A stretch of DNA of 64,000 bases. Origin: Sumerlaeia bacterium (GTDB lineage: Bacteria > Sumerlaeota > Sumerlaeia > SLMS01 > JAHLLQ01). Where the stretch lies: positions 1-64,000 of the forward strand of contig JAVJSW010000033.1 in assembly GCA_040219255.1 (NCBI GenBank). Direction: 5' to 3'. This document shows, piece by piece, positions 53,581 through 63,210 of this stretch. Position numbers and translations under genes: made by a program. A model generated the notes under the pieces. The model was not told the DNA's origin and did not search any database. It saw nothing but the letters and a program-made list of their open reading frames with translations. Each line of letters starts with the position of its first letter. The first letter of the stretch is position 1.

Positions 53581-54448
53581 GGGGCGGGCCGCGGCGCGCG
53601 TCCTGAGGGTTCTGGCTTTGCTGGCGGCGATGGTTTGCGCCTCGCCGCTCCTGGCCAGTCAGAAGAAACCGGTCACGGTGATTTTCGAAACGCAGTCGGG
53701 GCGCCAGATGGAAGTCTGGGTCGATGGGCGGCGGCTGGGCTCGACGCCCCTGCGGCATGCCCTGATGCCTGGGAACTACTACCTGAGCGCGGGGGGCGAA
53801 GGTGTGGTGCCGATTCTGCGGGAGTTCGTGGTGTTTTCCCATGGCGACAAGCAGACGCTCGGCATCAAGGACGAGCCGCTGACGTCGAAGAACTACTTCC
53901 CAGCGGTTGGCGTTCTGGCGGAAGCTCGGGGCGAGCGGCCGGACAATGTGCATCTGGAGGTGCTGGCGCTGTCGATGGTGTTCGAGGAGGAGAAGTTCGA
54001 CACGCTGCTGGGGCGGCTGCCGGAGAGTGTGCGGGAGGGCGATCCGATGGTGCTGTACCTGCGGGCGCGGCGTGAGCTGGAGGACAGGAAGGATCCAACG
54101 CAGGCGCTGCATTTGACGAATCGAGCGATCAAGGGGGATGAGACCTTCGCGCCCGCCTATCGGCTGAAGGCGAAGCTGATGCTGGAGATGGCGGGGCCGG
54201 AGGAAGCGCGGAAAGCGGCGGAACGGGCGGCGCTGCTGGACCCGCGAAATCCCGAGAGCTATGTGCTGCGGGGCAAGGCGAGCGTGGAGTTGGAGGAGGA
54301 GGCGTATGCGCGGCTGGATTTCGAGCATGCTTTGCGGCTGCGGCCTGGCTATGCGGAGGCCGAGGCGGCGCTGGAGGCTTTGGACGGCCGAGGGGCGGCG
54401 GCGGCGGACGAAGCGAGCAGCCGGACCCTGGAGGCGGGACGGCCATGA
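53546..54448 (+). CDS. PEGA + TPR domain protein
   Basis: VWVDGRRLGSTPL...LMPGNY (PEGA) followed by TPRs. Confidence 0.7.
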   Translation: MELIDGRFSGTEGRAAARVLRVLALLAAMVCASPLLASQKKPVTVIFETQSGRQMEVWVDGRRLGSTPLRHALMPGNYYLSAGGEGVVPILREFVVFSHGDKQTLGIKDEPLTSKNYFPAVGVLAEARGERPDNVHLEVLALSMVFEEEKFDTLLGRLPESVREGDPMVLYLRARRELEDRKDPTQALHLTNRAIKGDETFAPAYRLKAKLMLEMAGPEEARKAAERAALLDPRNPESYVLRGKASVELEEEAYARLDFEHALRLRPGYAEAEAALEALDGRGAAAADEASSRTLEAGRP

Positions 54449-55152
54449 TGGCGATCTTTGTGGGAACTGCGGAGGAAGCGCGGCTGGCGGCGGAGGTGCT
54501 GGGCCTGACACGCCGGTCCGTGGACGGGCCGTTGACCTGCCACAGCGGCGTGCCGGCCGGGTGGGCGTGTGAAGTGCGGGTGTACTCAGAGGTGCGGGGG
54601 GCCGAGCTGGCTTGGGCGGCGGCGCGGCTGGCATGCCGGCGGGGTGCGGAGCGGATCGTTTGTCTTGGCGGCGCGGAGGCGTTGCCGGAGGTGGGGCCGG
54701 CGGGGGCGATTTTCGAGGTGGCTTCGGTGCGCGATGGGCGGGGGCTCGACACGGTGATTCGGCGGACGGCGGACCTTTCGCTTGAGCTCATGGGCGATGC
54801 GGGGGATTTACCGGACGAAATTTTGCTTCCGGAACGAGAGGGTGGCCCGTGGCCGCGGAAAGCTCTGGCCACCACCGGTCTTCCCTTGACGGTTTTAACT
54901 TTGGGGCGGAAGCTATGGAGTGAGTCGGGCGTCGCCTTGTTCGACCGCCGGGCTCTGGGCAGTGTGGAAGGGGCGCGGGAAGACGGTGTGGATGTGCGGG
55001 TGATTCGCTGGGTCGAGCGGACGGTTGGTCCTCTCGTTGCGACGGGTTCCGGTTCGGCCGGGAAACCTTTGCGGGACCGGGCGTTGAAGCGAATATTGAG
55101 AACCCTTCTTGCGTCCCCGGTTCGCTCTTCCTGTAGGCTTGCAGCACACTGA
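54445..55152 (+). CDS. Hypothetical protein, weak nucleoside-phosphorylase-like fold
   Basis: ATGA overlap with the upstream gene. IFVGTAEEA, IVCLGGAEAL, VRVI pattern loosely resembles the PNP_UDP family. Confidence 0.4.
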   Translation: MMAIFVGTAEEARLAAEVLGLTRRSVDGPLTCHSGVPAGWACEVRVYSEVRGAELAWAAARLACRRGAERIVCLGGAEALPEVGPAGAIFEVASVRDGRGLDTVIRRTADLSLELMGDAGDLPDEILLPEREGGPWPRKALATTGLPLTVLTLGRKLWSESGVALFDRRALGSVEGAREDGVDVRVIRWVERTVGPLVATGSGSAGKPLRDRALKRILRTLLASPVRSSCRLAAH

Positions 55153-55188
55153 ACGCGGACCGCCACTCATGTAGGAAAGATCCTGAAC

Positions 55189-56253
55189 GTGTCATCACCG
55201 ATCACCCCCGACCCGCACCAGGACCAGGAGTCCCCGGATTCCGAAAACCGGCTGGAGCACCGCACGTTCCATAGCTCGGAGACGCTGAGCGATGTGATCA
55301 TGGGTGGTAAGTCGAAGATGGGCGGAGGGGTTTCGGGGGGAAGTCAACTGTCCGCCCGGCGGCTGCCGGTGCTGATCACGCTGGACGGGGGGCGGGTCGG
55401 CGAGCGGTTTGTGCTTTCGAAGAAACGCAGTATTCTGGGCCGCGACTTTCAGGCGGACGTCCTGGTAAGCGATGGCGAAGTCTCGCGCCGGCATGCCGCC
55501 ATCGAATGGGTCAATTTCGACGATAAGGTTGCGATTCCGGACTGTCTGCTGTTGGACATCAAGAGCACGAACGGGACCTTCGTGAACAACAGGGTGCTGC
55601 AGGGCTCGCGGACGCTGAACGATGGGGATCAGATTCGCCTGGGTAAGACGCTGCTGGGGTACTACGTCAAGGACGAGCGGGTGCTGGAGTTGGACCGCGA
55701 GTTGCTGGACATGGCTTTGCGGGACGAATTGACGGGGGTTTACAAGCGGCGCTATTTCATCAACGAACTGCACCGGGAGTTCGATCGCAGCCGGCGCTAT
55801 CGCCGGCCTTTCGGACTGCTGCTGCTCGACATCGATCACTTCAAGAACGTGAATGACGAACTGGGGCATCTGCGGGGCGACGAAGCGCTGAAGACCGTGG
55901 CCGATGTGATTCGCTCGACGTTGCGCGAGGGCGACATCTGTGGGCGTTACGGGGGCGAAGAGTTCGTCATCCTGCTGCCGGAGACCGACCGGGGCGGCGC
56001 CGTGATCGCGGCGGAGCGGATTCGTCAGGCGCTGGAGGCGACGAGTTTCAAGTTGGGGACCGAGACGCCGCGGCGGATCACCGCCAGCATCGGGATCGCG
56101 GCGCAGGACGGGACCTATCAGGACAAGATGGATGTGATCGAGGCGGCGGACACGGCTCTGTATTCTGCCAAGCGGCTGGGCCGGAACCGCTGCGAGGTGG
56201 CGGTGGGCGCCGATTCGTCGACCGACCCGACGGACGATCCGGCGCTGGCGTAA
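55189..56253 (+). CDS. FHA-GGDEF diguanylate cyclase
   Basis: FHA motifs LGR, VSRRHA, STNGTFVN. GGDEF domain with DIDHFKNVND, RxxD I-site REGD, RYGGEEF. Confidence 0.93.
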   Translation: MSSPITPDPHQDQESPDSENRLEHRTFHSSETLSDVIMGGKSKMGGGVSGGSQLSARRLPVLITLDGGRVGERFVLSKKRSILGRDFQADVLVSDGEVSRRHAAIEWVNFDDKVAIPDCLLLDIKSTNGTFVNNRVLQGSRTLNDGDQIRLGKTLLGYYVKDERVLELDRELLDMALRDELTGVYKRRYFINELHREFDRSRRYRRPFGLLLLDIDHFKNVNDELGHLRGDEALKTVADVIRSTLREGDICGRYGGEEFVILLPETDRGGAVIAAERIRQALEATSFKLGTETPRRITASIGIAAQDGTYQDKMDVIEAADTALYSAKRLGRNRCEVAVGADSSTDPTDDPALA

Positions 56254-56310
56254 CGAAATTTTCCGGTTCTTTTTTTCTTCCACTCCACCCAAAGTTTCAA
56301 CCGACAGAAA

Positions 56311-57372
56311 GTGAAACCCGTGGCTTTCAACGATTCCCCCGCCCGTTGGGAAAATGAACGTGTCGCGATCCTGGGAGCGGGCTCCTGGGGCAGCGTTCTG
56401 GCCCATCTCCTCGCCTCCAAGGGCGTTCACACGACGCTTTGGGATCGTTCCTCGGAGGCCATCGCCAGGCTTGCGGAGAAGGGTCATCCTTTCGGCGTGC
56501 CAGAGCTGAAGCTGAGCAAGAAGGTGCGCCTGGACAGCGAGCTGGAAGCGGTGCTGCCGGGAGTGACGGTGCTGGTGTACGTGGTGCCTTCGCAGGCGGT
56601 GGGCGATCTGTCGCGGTCGCTGGCCGCCGCCATCGGGCGTCTGACCAATCCGCCGGCGCCGTTGATCGTGCTGGCGTCGAAGGGGATCGACATCGCGAAC
56701 CGGACGACGTTGACGGAGATCGTCCGGCAGAACATGCCGGGGCTGGATGTGGCGGTGCTGTCTGGGCCATGCATCGCGCGCGAGGTGGCGCAGGGCATGC
56801 CGACGTCTGTGGTGGTGTCGTGCGCGGACCCGGCGCAGAGCGACCGCCTGTGCGATTTGTTCCACTGTCCGGGGATGCGGGTTTACACGCAGAACGACGT
56901 GACCGGTGTGGAGTTGGGCGGGGCGCTGAAGAACGTGATCGCGATCGCGGCGGGCATTGGGGATGGGCTGGGCTATGGCAACAACACGAAGGCGACGGTG
57001 CTGTCGCGGGGTCTGGCGGAAATGTCGCGGCTGGCGAACGCGATGGGGGCGCGGCCAGAGACGATGTTCGGTCTCGCGGGGCTGGGGGATTTGGCGGTGA
57101 CCTGCTTCAGTCCCTATAGCCGCAACCGGACCTTTGGGGAGCTGCTTGGGCAGGGTTTGAAGCCGGACGAAGCGCGCGCGAAGGTCAGCATGGTGGTGGA
57201 AGGGGAACCGACGGCGCAGGCGGCGTTGGCTCTGGCGGATCGTTACCAGATCGAAATGCCCATCACGGAAGCGGTGGTCCGCGTCTGCGAGGGCGAGCTG
57301 ACGCCCCGGCAGGCGGTCGAGGCGCTGATGGCGCGGTCGGCCAAAGGCGAGTTCGACAGGGCGCCCTTCTGA
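56311..57372 (+). CDS. gpsA: NAD(P)H-dependent glycerol-3-phosphate dehydrogenase
   Basis: GAGSWG, SKGI, LSGP, GVELGGALKNVIAIAAG, GLAGLGDL..TC.S..SRNR, VEG. Confidence 0.96.
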   Translation: MKPVAFNDSPARWENERVAILGAGSWGSVLAHLLASKGVHTTLWDRSSEAIARLAEKGHPFGVPELKLSKKVRLDSELEAVLPGVTVLVYVVPSQAVGDLSRSLAAAIGRLTNPPAPLIVLASKGIDIANRTTLTEIVRQNMPGLDVAVLSGPCIAREVAQGMPTSVVVSCADPAQSDRLCDLFHCPGMRVYTQNDVTGVELGGALKNVIAIAAGIGDGLGYGNNTKATVLSRGLAEMSRLANAMGARPETMFGLAGLGDLAVTCFSPYSRNRTFGELLGQGLKPDEARAKVSMVVEGEPTAQAALALADRYQIEMPITEAVVRVCEGELTPRQAVEALMARSAKGEFDRAPF

Positions 57373-57489
57373 GAAATCGGATCACCGGCCGAGCACCCCA
57401 CCCCCGCAAACCAAGCCCCTTTTTGATGGTCCTGATGGCTTGGAGTGTGCATGGTGGACTGTCACATTTTCCGATAAGGCTACCCGACC

Positions 57490-58671
57490 ATGACCGTCGC
57501 AACCCTGCCCCTGACCGAGTCCGCGCGCGAGATCGCGCCGTGGATTATCGAACGCCGCCGCCACCTGCATCGCCACCCCGAGCTGTCGTTCCACGAGGAG
57601 CAAACCGCCGCCTTTGTCGAGGCTGAGTTGCGTGCCTTGGGCTTCGAGGCGATCCGGACGCGCCTGGGCGGGAACTATTCGCTGATCGCCGATCTGCCGG
57701 GCGCGGACCCAGGGCGGATCGTGGCGCTGCGGGCGGATATGGATGCGCTGCCGATTCAGGAAGCGACGGAGTGGGAATTCCAGAGCCAGAACCCCGGCGT
57801 CAGCCACATGTGCGGCCACGACAGCCACACGGCGATGCTGCTCGGGGCGGCGCGTTTGCTGATGGAGCGCCGCGCGGAATTGCCCCAGACGGTGCGTTTC
57901 ATCTTTCAGGGCGCGGAGGAAAAATTCCCCGGCGGCGCCCGCGACGTGATCGCCGATGGCGGGCTGGATGGGGTCGAGCGCGTGTTTGGCCTGCACATCG
58001 ATCCGCGCCACGACGTGGGGACGATCCGGTTCACCGACGGGCCGCAGATGGCCGGCGTGGACGAGTTCTCGATCACGGTGCGCGGCGTCGGCGGCCACGC
58101 GGCCTTTCCCCACGTGACGCGCGATCCGATCCTGGCGGCGAGCCACATCGTCGTGGCGCTGCAGCAAATCGTCAGCCGCCGCACCGATCCGCTCGAAGCC
58201 GCCGTCGTTTCCGTCACCCAGTTCCATGGAGGTTCGGCCTTCAACGTGATCCCCGGCGAGGTGACGCTGAACGGCACGATCCGCAGTTTCCGCGACGCCA
58301 TGCACCCGCACTTTCGCGCAATGATGGCCGAGGTGGCGGAAAACACGGCGCGGGCCTTTGGATGCGAGGCGGACCTGCACCAGGATGAAGGCTATCCGCC
58401 GCTGGTGAACGACCCGGAGGCCAACGCCGCCTACCGCGCCGCCGCCCGCGAGGTCTTTGGCGAGGAAAACGTGCTGGTGATGGAGCCGGTGATGGGCGCG
58501 GAGGACTTCGCCCTCTACACCCGCGAACGCCCCTGCGCCTTCGCCTTCCTCGGCTGCTCCGCCCCCCACGACCGCGACCGCTTCATGGTGCACCACCCGC
58601 GGTTCTACCTGGACGAGGATTGCCTCTGGCGAGGGGCGGCGGTGCTGGCGGGGGTGGCATCGGGTGCCTGA
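57490..58671 (+). CDS. M20D family amidohydrolase
   Basis: RRHLHRHPELSFHE, LRADMDALPIQE, HMCGHDSH, FQGAEE, GGHAAFPH, GAEDF, HHPRF. Confidence 0.93.
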   Translation: MTVATLPLTESAREIAPWIIERRRHLHRHPELSFHEEQTAAFVEAELRALGFEAIRTRLGGNYSLIADLPGADPGRIVALRADMDALPIQEATEWEFQSQNPGVSHMCGHDSHTAMLLGAARLLMERRAELPQTVRFIFQGAEEKFPGGARDVIADGGLDGVERVFGLHIDPRHDVGTIRFTDGPQMAGVDEFSITVRGVGGHAAFPHVTRDPILAASHIVVALQQIVSRRTDPLEAAVVSVTQFHGGSAFNVIPGEVTLNGTIRSFRDAMHPHFRAMMAEVAENTARAFGCEADLHQDEGYPPLVNDPEANAAYRAAAREVFGEENVLVMEPVMGAEDFALYTRERPCAFAFLGCSAPHDRDRFMVHHPRFYLDEDCLWRGAAVLAGVASGA

Positions 58672-59245
58672 GGAGTCAAACTTATCACCCCTTGTCCAAG
58701 CCTCGCGCATCCTCGTCGTCGGCTGCTGCGGCGCGGGGAAATCCGTGTTTTCTCGCGAGTTGGGCATGGCGCTCAATCTCCCCGTCATCCACCTGGACCA
58801 GCATTATCACGGCCCCAATTGGCAGGAACCGCCGCCCGGCGTCTGGCAGGCGCGGCTGGACAAGCTGCTGGCGGGGGAACGCTGGATCATGGATGGGAAT
58901 TATGCCGGGTCGCTGGATCGGCGTTTGCGGCGGGCGGACGCCGTGGTGTGGCTCGATTTCGGGCGAGCCGTCTGCCTGCCGCGCCTGATCCGCCGCAGCC
59001 TGACCTATTGGCGGCGGGAACGCCCCGACACCGCCCCCGGTTGCCGCGAGTCGTTTGGTTGGGGGTACTTGGACTTTTTACGCTTTGCCTGGACATGGAA
59101 TGACGAGGTTCGCCCGGGAATTCTGGCGGCTCTGGAACAGGGTGACACGCCAGTCTGGCGACTAAAGACGCCAAAGGAGGCTGCTGAGTTGACGAGGGAG
59201 ACACAAGCCGCTGAGTCGCCTCGTCCCCAGAAGATCCGACCCTAA
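58664..59245 (+). CDS. FlaR/topology-modulation family P-loop protein (adenylate kinase-like)
   Basis: ILVVGCCGAGKS, LPVIHLD, WIMDGNY, RADAVVWLD, GCRE. Confidence 0.85.
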   Translation: MPEESNLSPLVQASRILVVGCCGAGKSVFSRELGMALNLPVIHLDQHYHGPNWQEPPPGVWQARLDKLLAGERWIMDGNYAGSLDRRLRRADAVVWLDFGRAVCLPRLIRRSLTYWRRERPDTAPGCRESFGWGYLDFLRFAWTWNDEVRPGILAALEQGDTPVWRLKTPKEAAELTRETQAAESPRPQKIRP

Positions 59246-59403
59246 CCACCTCATCGCCCGGGGAAACCCCCGCCCCCTTCCCTCGCCTCCACCGCGGCTT
59301 GACCCTTGCGTGTCAGGGAGGGCATCGTCTTGGGTTCGCTGTGGGCCGGTGTCTTGGGCTCGGGGCGATGGGACCCATCTGATTGGATTTTGGAAGATTG
59401 ACT

Positions 59404-60834
59404 ATGCCCAAACGCCTCCTCCTTGCGCTTTTTCTCCTGACCTGTGCGTGCAGTTCCTCGGCGCAGCAGAGCAAGACTCCGCGCCCGGACACGTCGGGCA
59501 TCGATGGGGCGGCGCTTTACCAACGCTATTGCGCGGGGTGTCACGGGTCGGAGCATCAGGGCGCTTCGGCCAGCAGTCTGGCCGATAACACATGGAAGTA
59601 CGGGGCGGCGGCCGCCGATTTTTTCCGCAACACGAAGCGAGGCATCATCCAGGAAGGGATGCCGGCTTTTGGGGGCGGGTTGTCCGATGCGGAAATCTGG
59701 GCCATCGCGGAGTATGTGGAGCAGGTGGAACCGGCGCGGGAGGCGCCTCCAGAGACGCGACAGCTCGATAATCTCCGGACGCTCGACTACGTGGTCGGGG
59801 TCGAGGTCTGGGTCGATGGGGTGGACCAACCGTGGGGGATGACGTTTGTCAGCCCGACGCGCGCCCTTTTCACGGAAAAGGCCGGGCGGCTGCGCGTGGT
59901 GGAAAACGGCCGGCTCCTGCGCGAGCCCGTGGCGGACACGCCCCGCGTCGATTCCGGGGGCCAGGGAGGTCTGCTGGATGTGGCGGTCGATGCCAGCCAT
60001 CACGAGAATGGCTGGGTGTATTTGGCCTATTCCCATGCGGCGGGATCCCGGGCGATGACCCGCATTGTGCGCGGCAAGATCGCCGACAATCGCTGGACCG
60101 GCGAGGAGGTTCTCTGGGAGGCGCGGGGCGATCATTACGTTCGGGGCGGGCGGCACTTTGGGTCGCGGATTGTCTTCGGGCCAGACGATGGCATGCTCTA
60201 CTTCGCTGTCGGTGACCGGGGCCAGCGCCACGATGCGCAACGGCTCGACCGCCCCAACGGCAAGATCCACCGCATCGCGCCCGATGGCTCGATTCCGCCG
60301 GATAATCCGTTTGTGGGTCAGGATGACGTGTACGAGTCGATCTGGAGCTATGGCCATCGCAACCCGCAGGGCCTGGACTTTCACCCTGCCACGGGCGATC
60401 TGTGGTCCGTGGAACACGGCCCCCGCGGTGGCGACGAGCTGAACAAGATCGAAAAGGCCGTGAATTATGGATGGCCGGTGATTACGTACGGAATTGAATA
60501 CAGCGGAGGTCTCATCACCTCCGTGCGCGAGAAGGAAGGCTATGCGCAGCCGAATTGGTACTGGCGCCCTTCGCCCGCTCCCTGCGGGATGGCGTTCTAT
60601 TCCGGCGAGCTGTTTCCCTATTGGAAAGGGCGGGCGATGGTGGCTCAACTGCGCGACGAAGATGTTCGCCTGATGGACATCTACGAGGACCGCGTCCTGC
60701 ACGAAGAGATTCTGCTGGACGGCCTGGCCCGCACCCGCGACGTCCAGATCGGCCCCGGAGGCGAAATCTACGTTCTCCAGGAGCAGCCAGGGCGGATTCT
60801 CAGACTGGTGCCGATTCGCGAGGAGCCGATTTAA
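59404..60834 (+). CDS. Cytochrome c - PQQ-dependent glucose/sorbosone dehydrogenase fusion
   Basis: CAGCHG heme motif and MPAF. GSDH motifs PWGM, GQGGLLDV, HFGSRI, SYGHRNPQG, EHGPRGGDELN, NYGWP. Confidence 0.92.
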   Translation: MPKRLLLALFLLTCACSSSAQQSKTPRPDTSGIDGAALYQRYCAGCHGSEHQGASASSLADNTWKYGAAAADFFRNTKRGIIQEGMPAFGGGLSDAEIWAIAEYVEQVEPAREAPPETRQLDNLRTLDYVVGVEVWVDGVDQPWGMTFVSPTRALFTEKAGRLRVVENGRLLREPVADTPRVDSGGQGGLLDVAVDASHHENGWVYLAYSHAAGSRAMTRIVRGKIADNRWTGEEVLWEARGDHYVRGGRHFGSRIVFGPDDGMLYFAVGDRGQRHDAQRLDRPNGKIHRIAPDGSIPPDNPFVGQDDVYESIWSYGHRNPQGLDFHPATGDLWSVEHGPRGGDELNKIEKAVNYGWPVITYGIEYSGGLITSVREKEGYAQPNWYWRPSPAPCGMAFYSGELFPYWKGRAMVAQLRDEDVRLMDIYEDRVLHEEILLDGLARTRDVQIGPGGEIYVLQEQPGRILRLVPIREEPI

Positions 60835-61251
60835 CCCCTCCCGCTCTCACACACCCCAAGAACAAGTCAGGTCCGTTGGGTGCTAACTTCATTGGCGCCA
60901 ACCATCGAAGCCCATTTCGACGAGAGCTTGACCATGGCGCACCCTGCACAACCCACCTTCGCGTTTCAACCCCGGCGCCCTGTTCCTCGGGCAGTCTGAC
61001 CGCGTGTATGATTTTCTCGTCCGCACCGGCGGCCGCTGTTTCACCGCCGGCCGCGATCCGTGCTTTGTCCAACATTCGGTCGAGTCTCTCGTGCGCCCGC
61101 GATGTGGAGAAGGCGCGGCGGCGGTTCCATGGCCGCTTGGTGAAAACCCCTCCTTGCGGCTTTCCGCCGGGCGGCGCAGGGTTTGCTCTGAGGGGGCGGC
61201 TGGGGTGCTTTGGCCCCAATTCCCTCGTCGATTTCCCGGGTCCGCCGATTC

Positions 61252-63024
61252 ATGCGCCTTTCCATTCTCCGCCCCATCCAGGTGTTTTTCGCGCTGCTGC
61301 CGTTCGTGGTCAGTTTCCTGCGCGATTACCGGGGCTTTCTGGTGGCGGGGGCGCCGCGGAAATTGACCAAGCCTCAGCATCGGCGCCGGGCGCGCAAGCT
61401 GACCGATACGATGGGCAGCCTGGGGCCGGCGTTCATCAAGGGCATCCAGGTGCTGGCGACCCGCGAGGACGTGCTGCCGCCGGAGTATACCGACGAGTTC
61501 AAGACGCTGCAGGACCGCGTGCCGCCTTTTCCGACGAAGAAGGCGCTGGCGATTCTGGAGGAGGCGTGGGGGCGGGCTCCGCTGGCGGTGCTGGAAAGTT
61601 TCGACGAGGAGCCGTTGGCGGCGGCGAGCCTGGGGCAGGTGCACCGGGCGCACTACCGGGGCCAGGAAGTGGCCGTGAAAATCCTGAGGCCGGGGGTGCG
61701 CGAAATCGTCGACGTGGACCTGCGGACCGTGGTGCGGCTGGGGCGCCTGTTCCAGTTCTTCGTCGACACCCCATATATGGAGAGCTTCTGGAGCATCATG
61801 GCGGAATTCCGGCGCATGATTTTCCAGGAGATGGATTTCACGAACGAGGAAAAGCACGCGAATCGGCTGCGCGAGAACTTCCGCGACGAACCCCGCGTGA
61901 TCATTCCGGCGATTTTCGGCGAGCTGACGACGCCGCAAACGGTGGTGATGGAGTTCATGCGCGGGTGCCGGGTGGACGATCCGGAGGCGCTGGAGCAGAG
62001 TCACAGCTCGGCCCGGGAAATCCTGGATCTGATGATCCGCACCTACCTGAAGATGACGGTGATCGATGGCTTCATCCACGCCGACCCGCATCCGGGCAAT
62101 CTGCTGGTCGACGATCAGGGGCGGCTGGTGATTCTGGATTATGGGATGGCGTTGGATTTCGGCGATCGGATCAAGAGCGAGTTGCTGGGTGGCTGCTTCG
62201 CGCTGGTGCGCGGCGATGTCGAGAGCCTGGTGGATTCCTTCTACCGCCTCAAGATGGTGTCGCCGGAGACGAATCGAGCCGTCGTGCGCGACGCGGCGGA
62301 GGCGCTGCTGGAGATTCAACTGCGCGACGATTTCAACCCGCGCATGATCCAGGAAGTCATCGACGACATCCTGCACACGTTCCACAGCTTCCCGCTGCGA
62401 TTGCCCCAGCAGCTCGTCTATCTGTTCCGGGCGTCGGCGCTGGTCGAAGGCATCGGCATGCGCTACGACCCGCATTTCAGCTCGATCCGCGAAGCGAAGC
62501 CGATCCTGCAGGAAATGATGAAGGACGTGGTGCTCGATTCGCGCCAGGGCTGGAAAGAGCAAGCCAAAGACACGGCGAACACGGCGCTGCGGACGTTGCG
62601 GTATGGGGCGCGGGTGGTGGCGCGGCTGGAGCGCGAGGAGTTGCGGGTGCGGGTGCACGGCGCGGACATGGACGCGCTCGAGGGGTTTTTCCGGTCGCTG
62701 CTCCGGCGGGGGCTGACGGGCCTGGCGTGCCTGGCGCTGACGATCGTGGGGGCGGTGGCCGCCATGGATGTGGACCATTGGTGGCCGCTGGTGGCGCTGG
62801 TGCTGCCGGGGGTGATCGGCTTGCTGCTGGCGCTGGCGCTGCCGTTCCGGCGCAAGGCGACGTGGCTGCCGTGGGACGCGAGCGAGGACCCGTTCATGAA
62901 AATGCAGGTGGAGCGATTCCAGGAGCGGGTGGCCAAGGCGGCGCGGGAGGCGGGCTTTCCGGGGGATTCGGAAGACGATGGGGCGGGTGGGAAAGAGCCC
63001 GGCGGGGAGAAAAGCTCGTCATAG
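61252..63024 (+). CDS. ABC1/AarF/UbiB atypical kinase
   Basis: LGPAFIKGIQ, LQDRVPP, AAASLGQVH, VAVKI.RP, HADPHPGN, LDYGM, two C-terminal TMs. Confidence 0.93.
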   Translation: MRLSILRPIQVFFALLPFVVSFLRDYRGFLVAGAPRKLTKPQHRRRARKLTDTMGSLGPAFIKGIQVLATREDVLPPEYTDEFKTLQDRVPPFPTKKALAILEEAWGRAPLAVLESFDEEPLAAASLGQVHRAHYRGQEVAVKILRPGVREIVDVDLRTVVRLGRLFQFFVDTPYMESFWSIMAEFRRMIFQEMDFTNEEKHANRLRENFRDEPRVIIPAIFGELTTPQTVVMEFMRGCRVDDPEALEQSHSSAREILDLMIRTYLKMTVIDGFIHADPHPGNLLVDDQGRLVILDYGMALDFGDRIKSELLGGCFALVRGDVESLVDSFYRLKMVSPETNRAVVRDAAEALLEIQLRDDFNPRMIQEVIDDILHTFHSFPLRLPQQLVYLFRASALVEGIGMRYDPHFSSIREAKPILQEMMKDVVLDSRQGWKEQAKDTANTALRTLRYGARVVARLEREELRVRVHGADMDALEGFFRSLLRRGLTGLACLALTIVGAVAAMDVDHWWPLVALVLPGVIGLLLALALPFRRKATWLPWDASEDPFMKMQVERFQERVAKAAREAGFPGDSEDDGAGGKEPGGEKSSS

Positions 63025-63210
63025 TGGCGGGTGGAAAACCCGAGCGGAAAAGGCTTTGATCGGTCCAATCAGGATTTTTAGGCGGAAAGACTCGGAAAAT
63101 CCTTTGAGAAGCCGGGTGGCTTTTCGTAACTTCTTCTGCCCTTGCGTCGTCTTGCGTCCATCACCGCGGCCGGCGACTGGGAATCATACACCATTTGTGG
63201 GTAGGAAGAC

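Noticed and set aside
55189-60834. FHA-GGDEF and cytochrome c-GSDH fusions as novelties
   Set aside because: Both architectures are established and widespread.
60874-60902. Imperfect palindrome GTTGGGTGCTAACTTCATTGGCGCCAAC after the PQQ dehydrogenase
   Set aside because: Possibly a decayed REP or weak terminator, but too degenerate to call.
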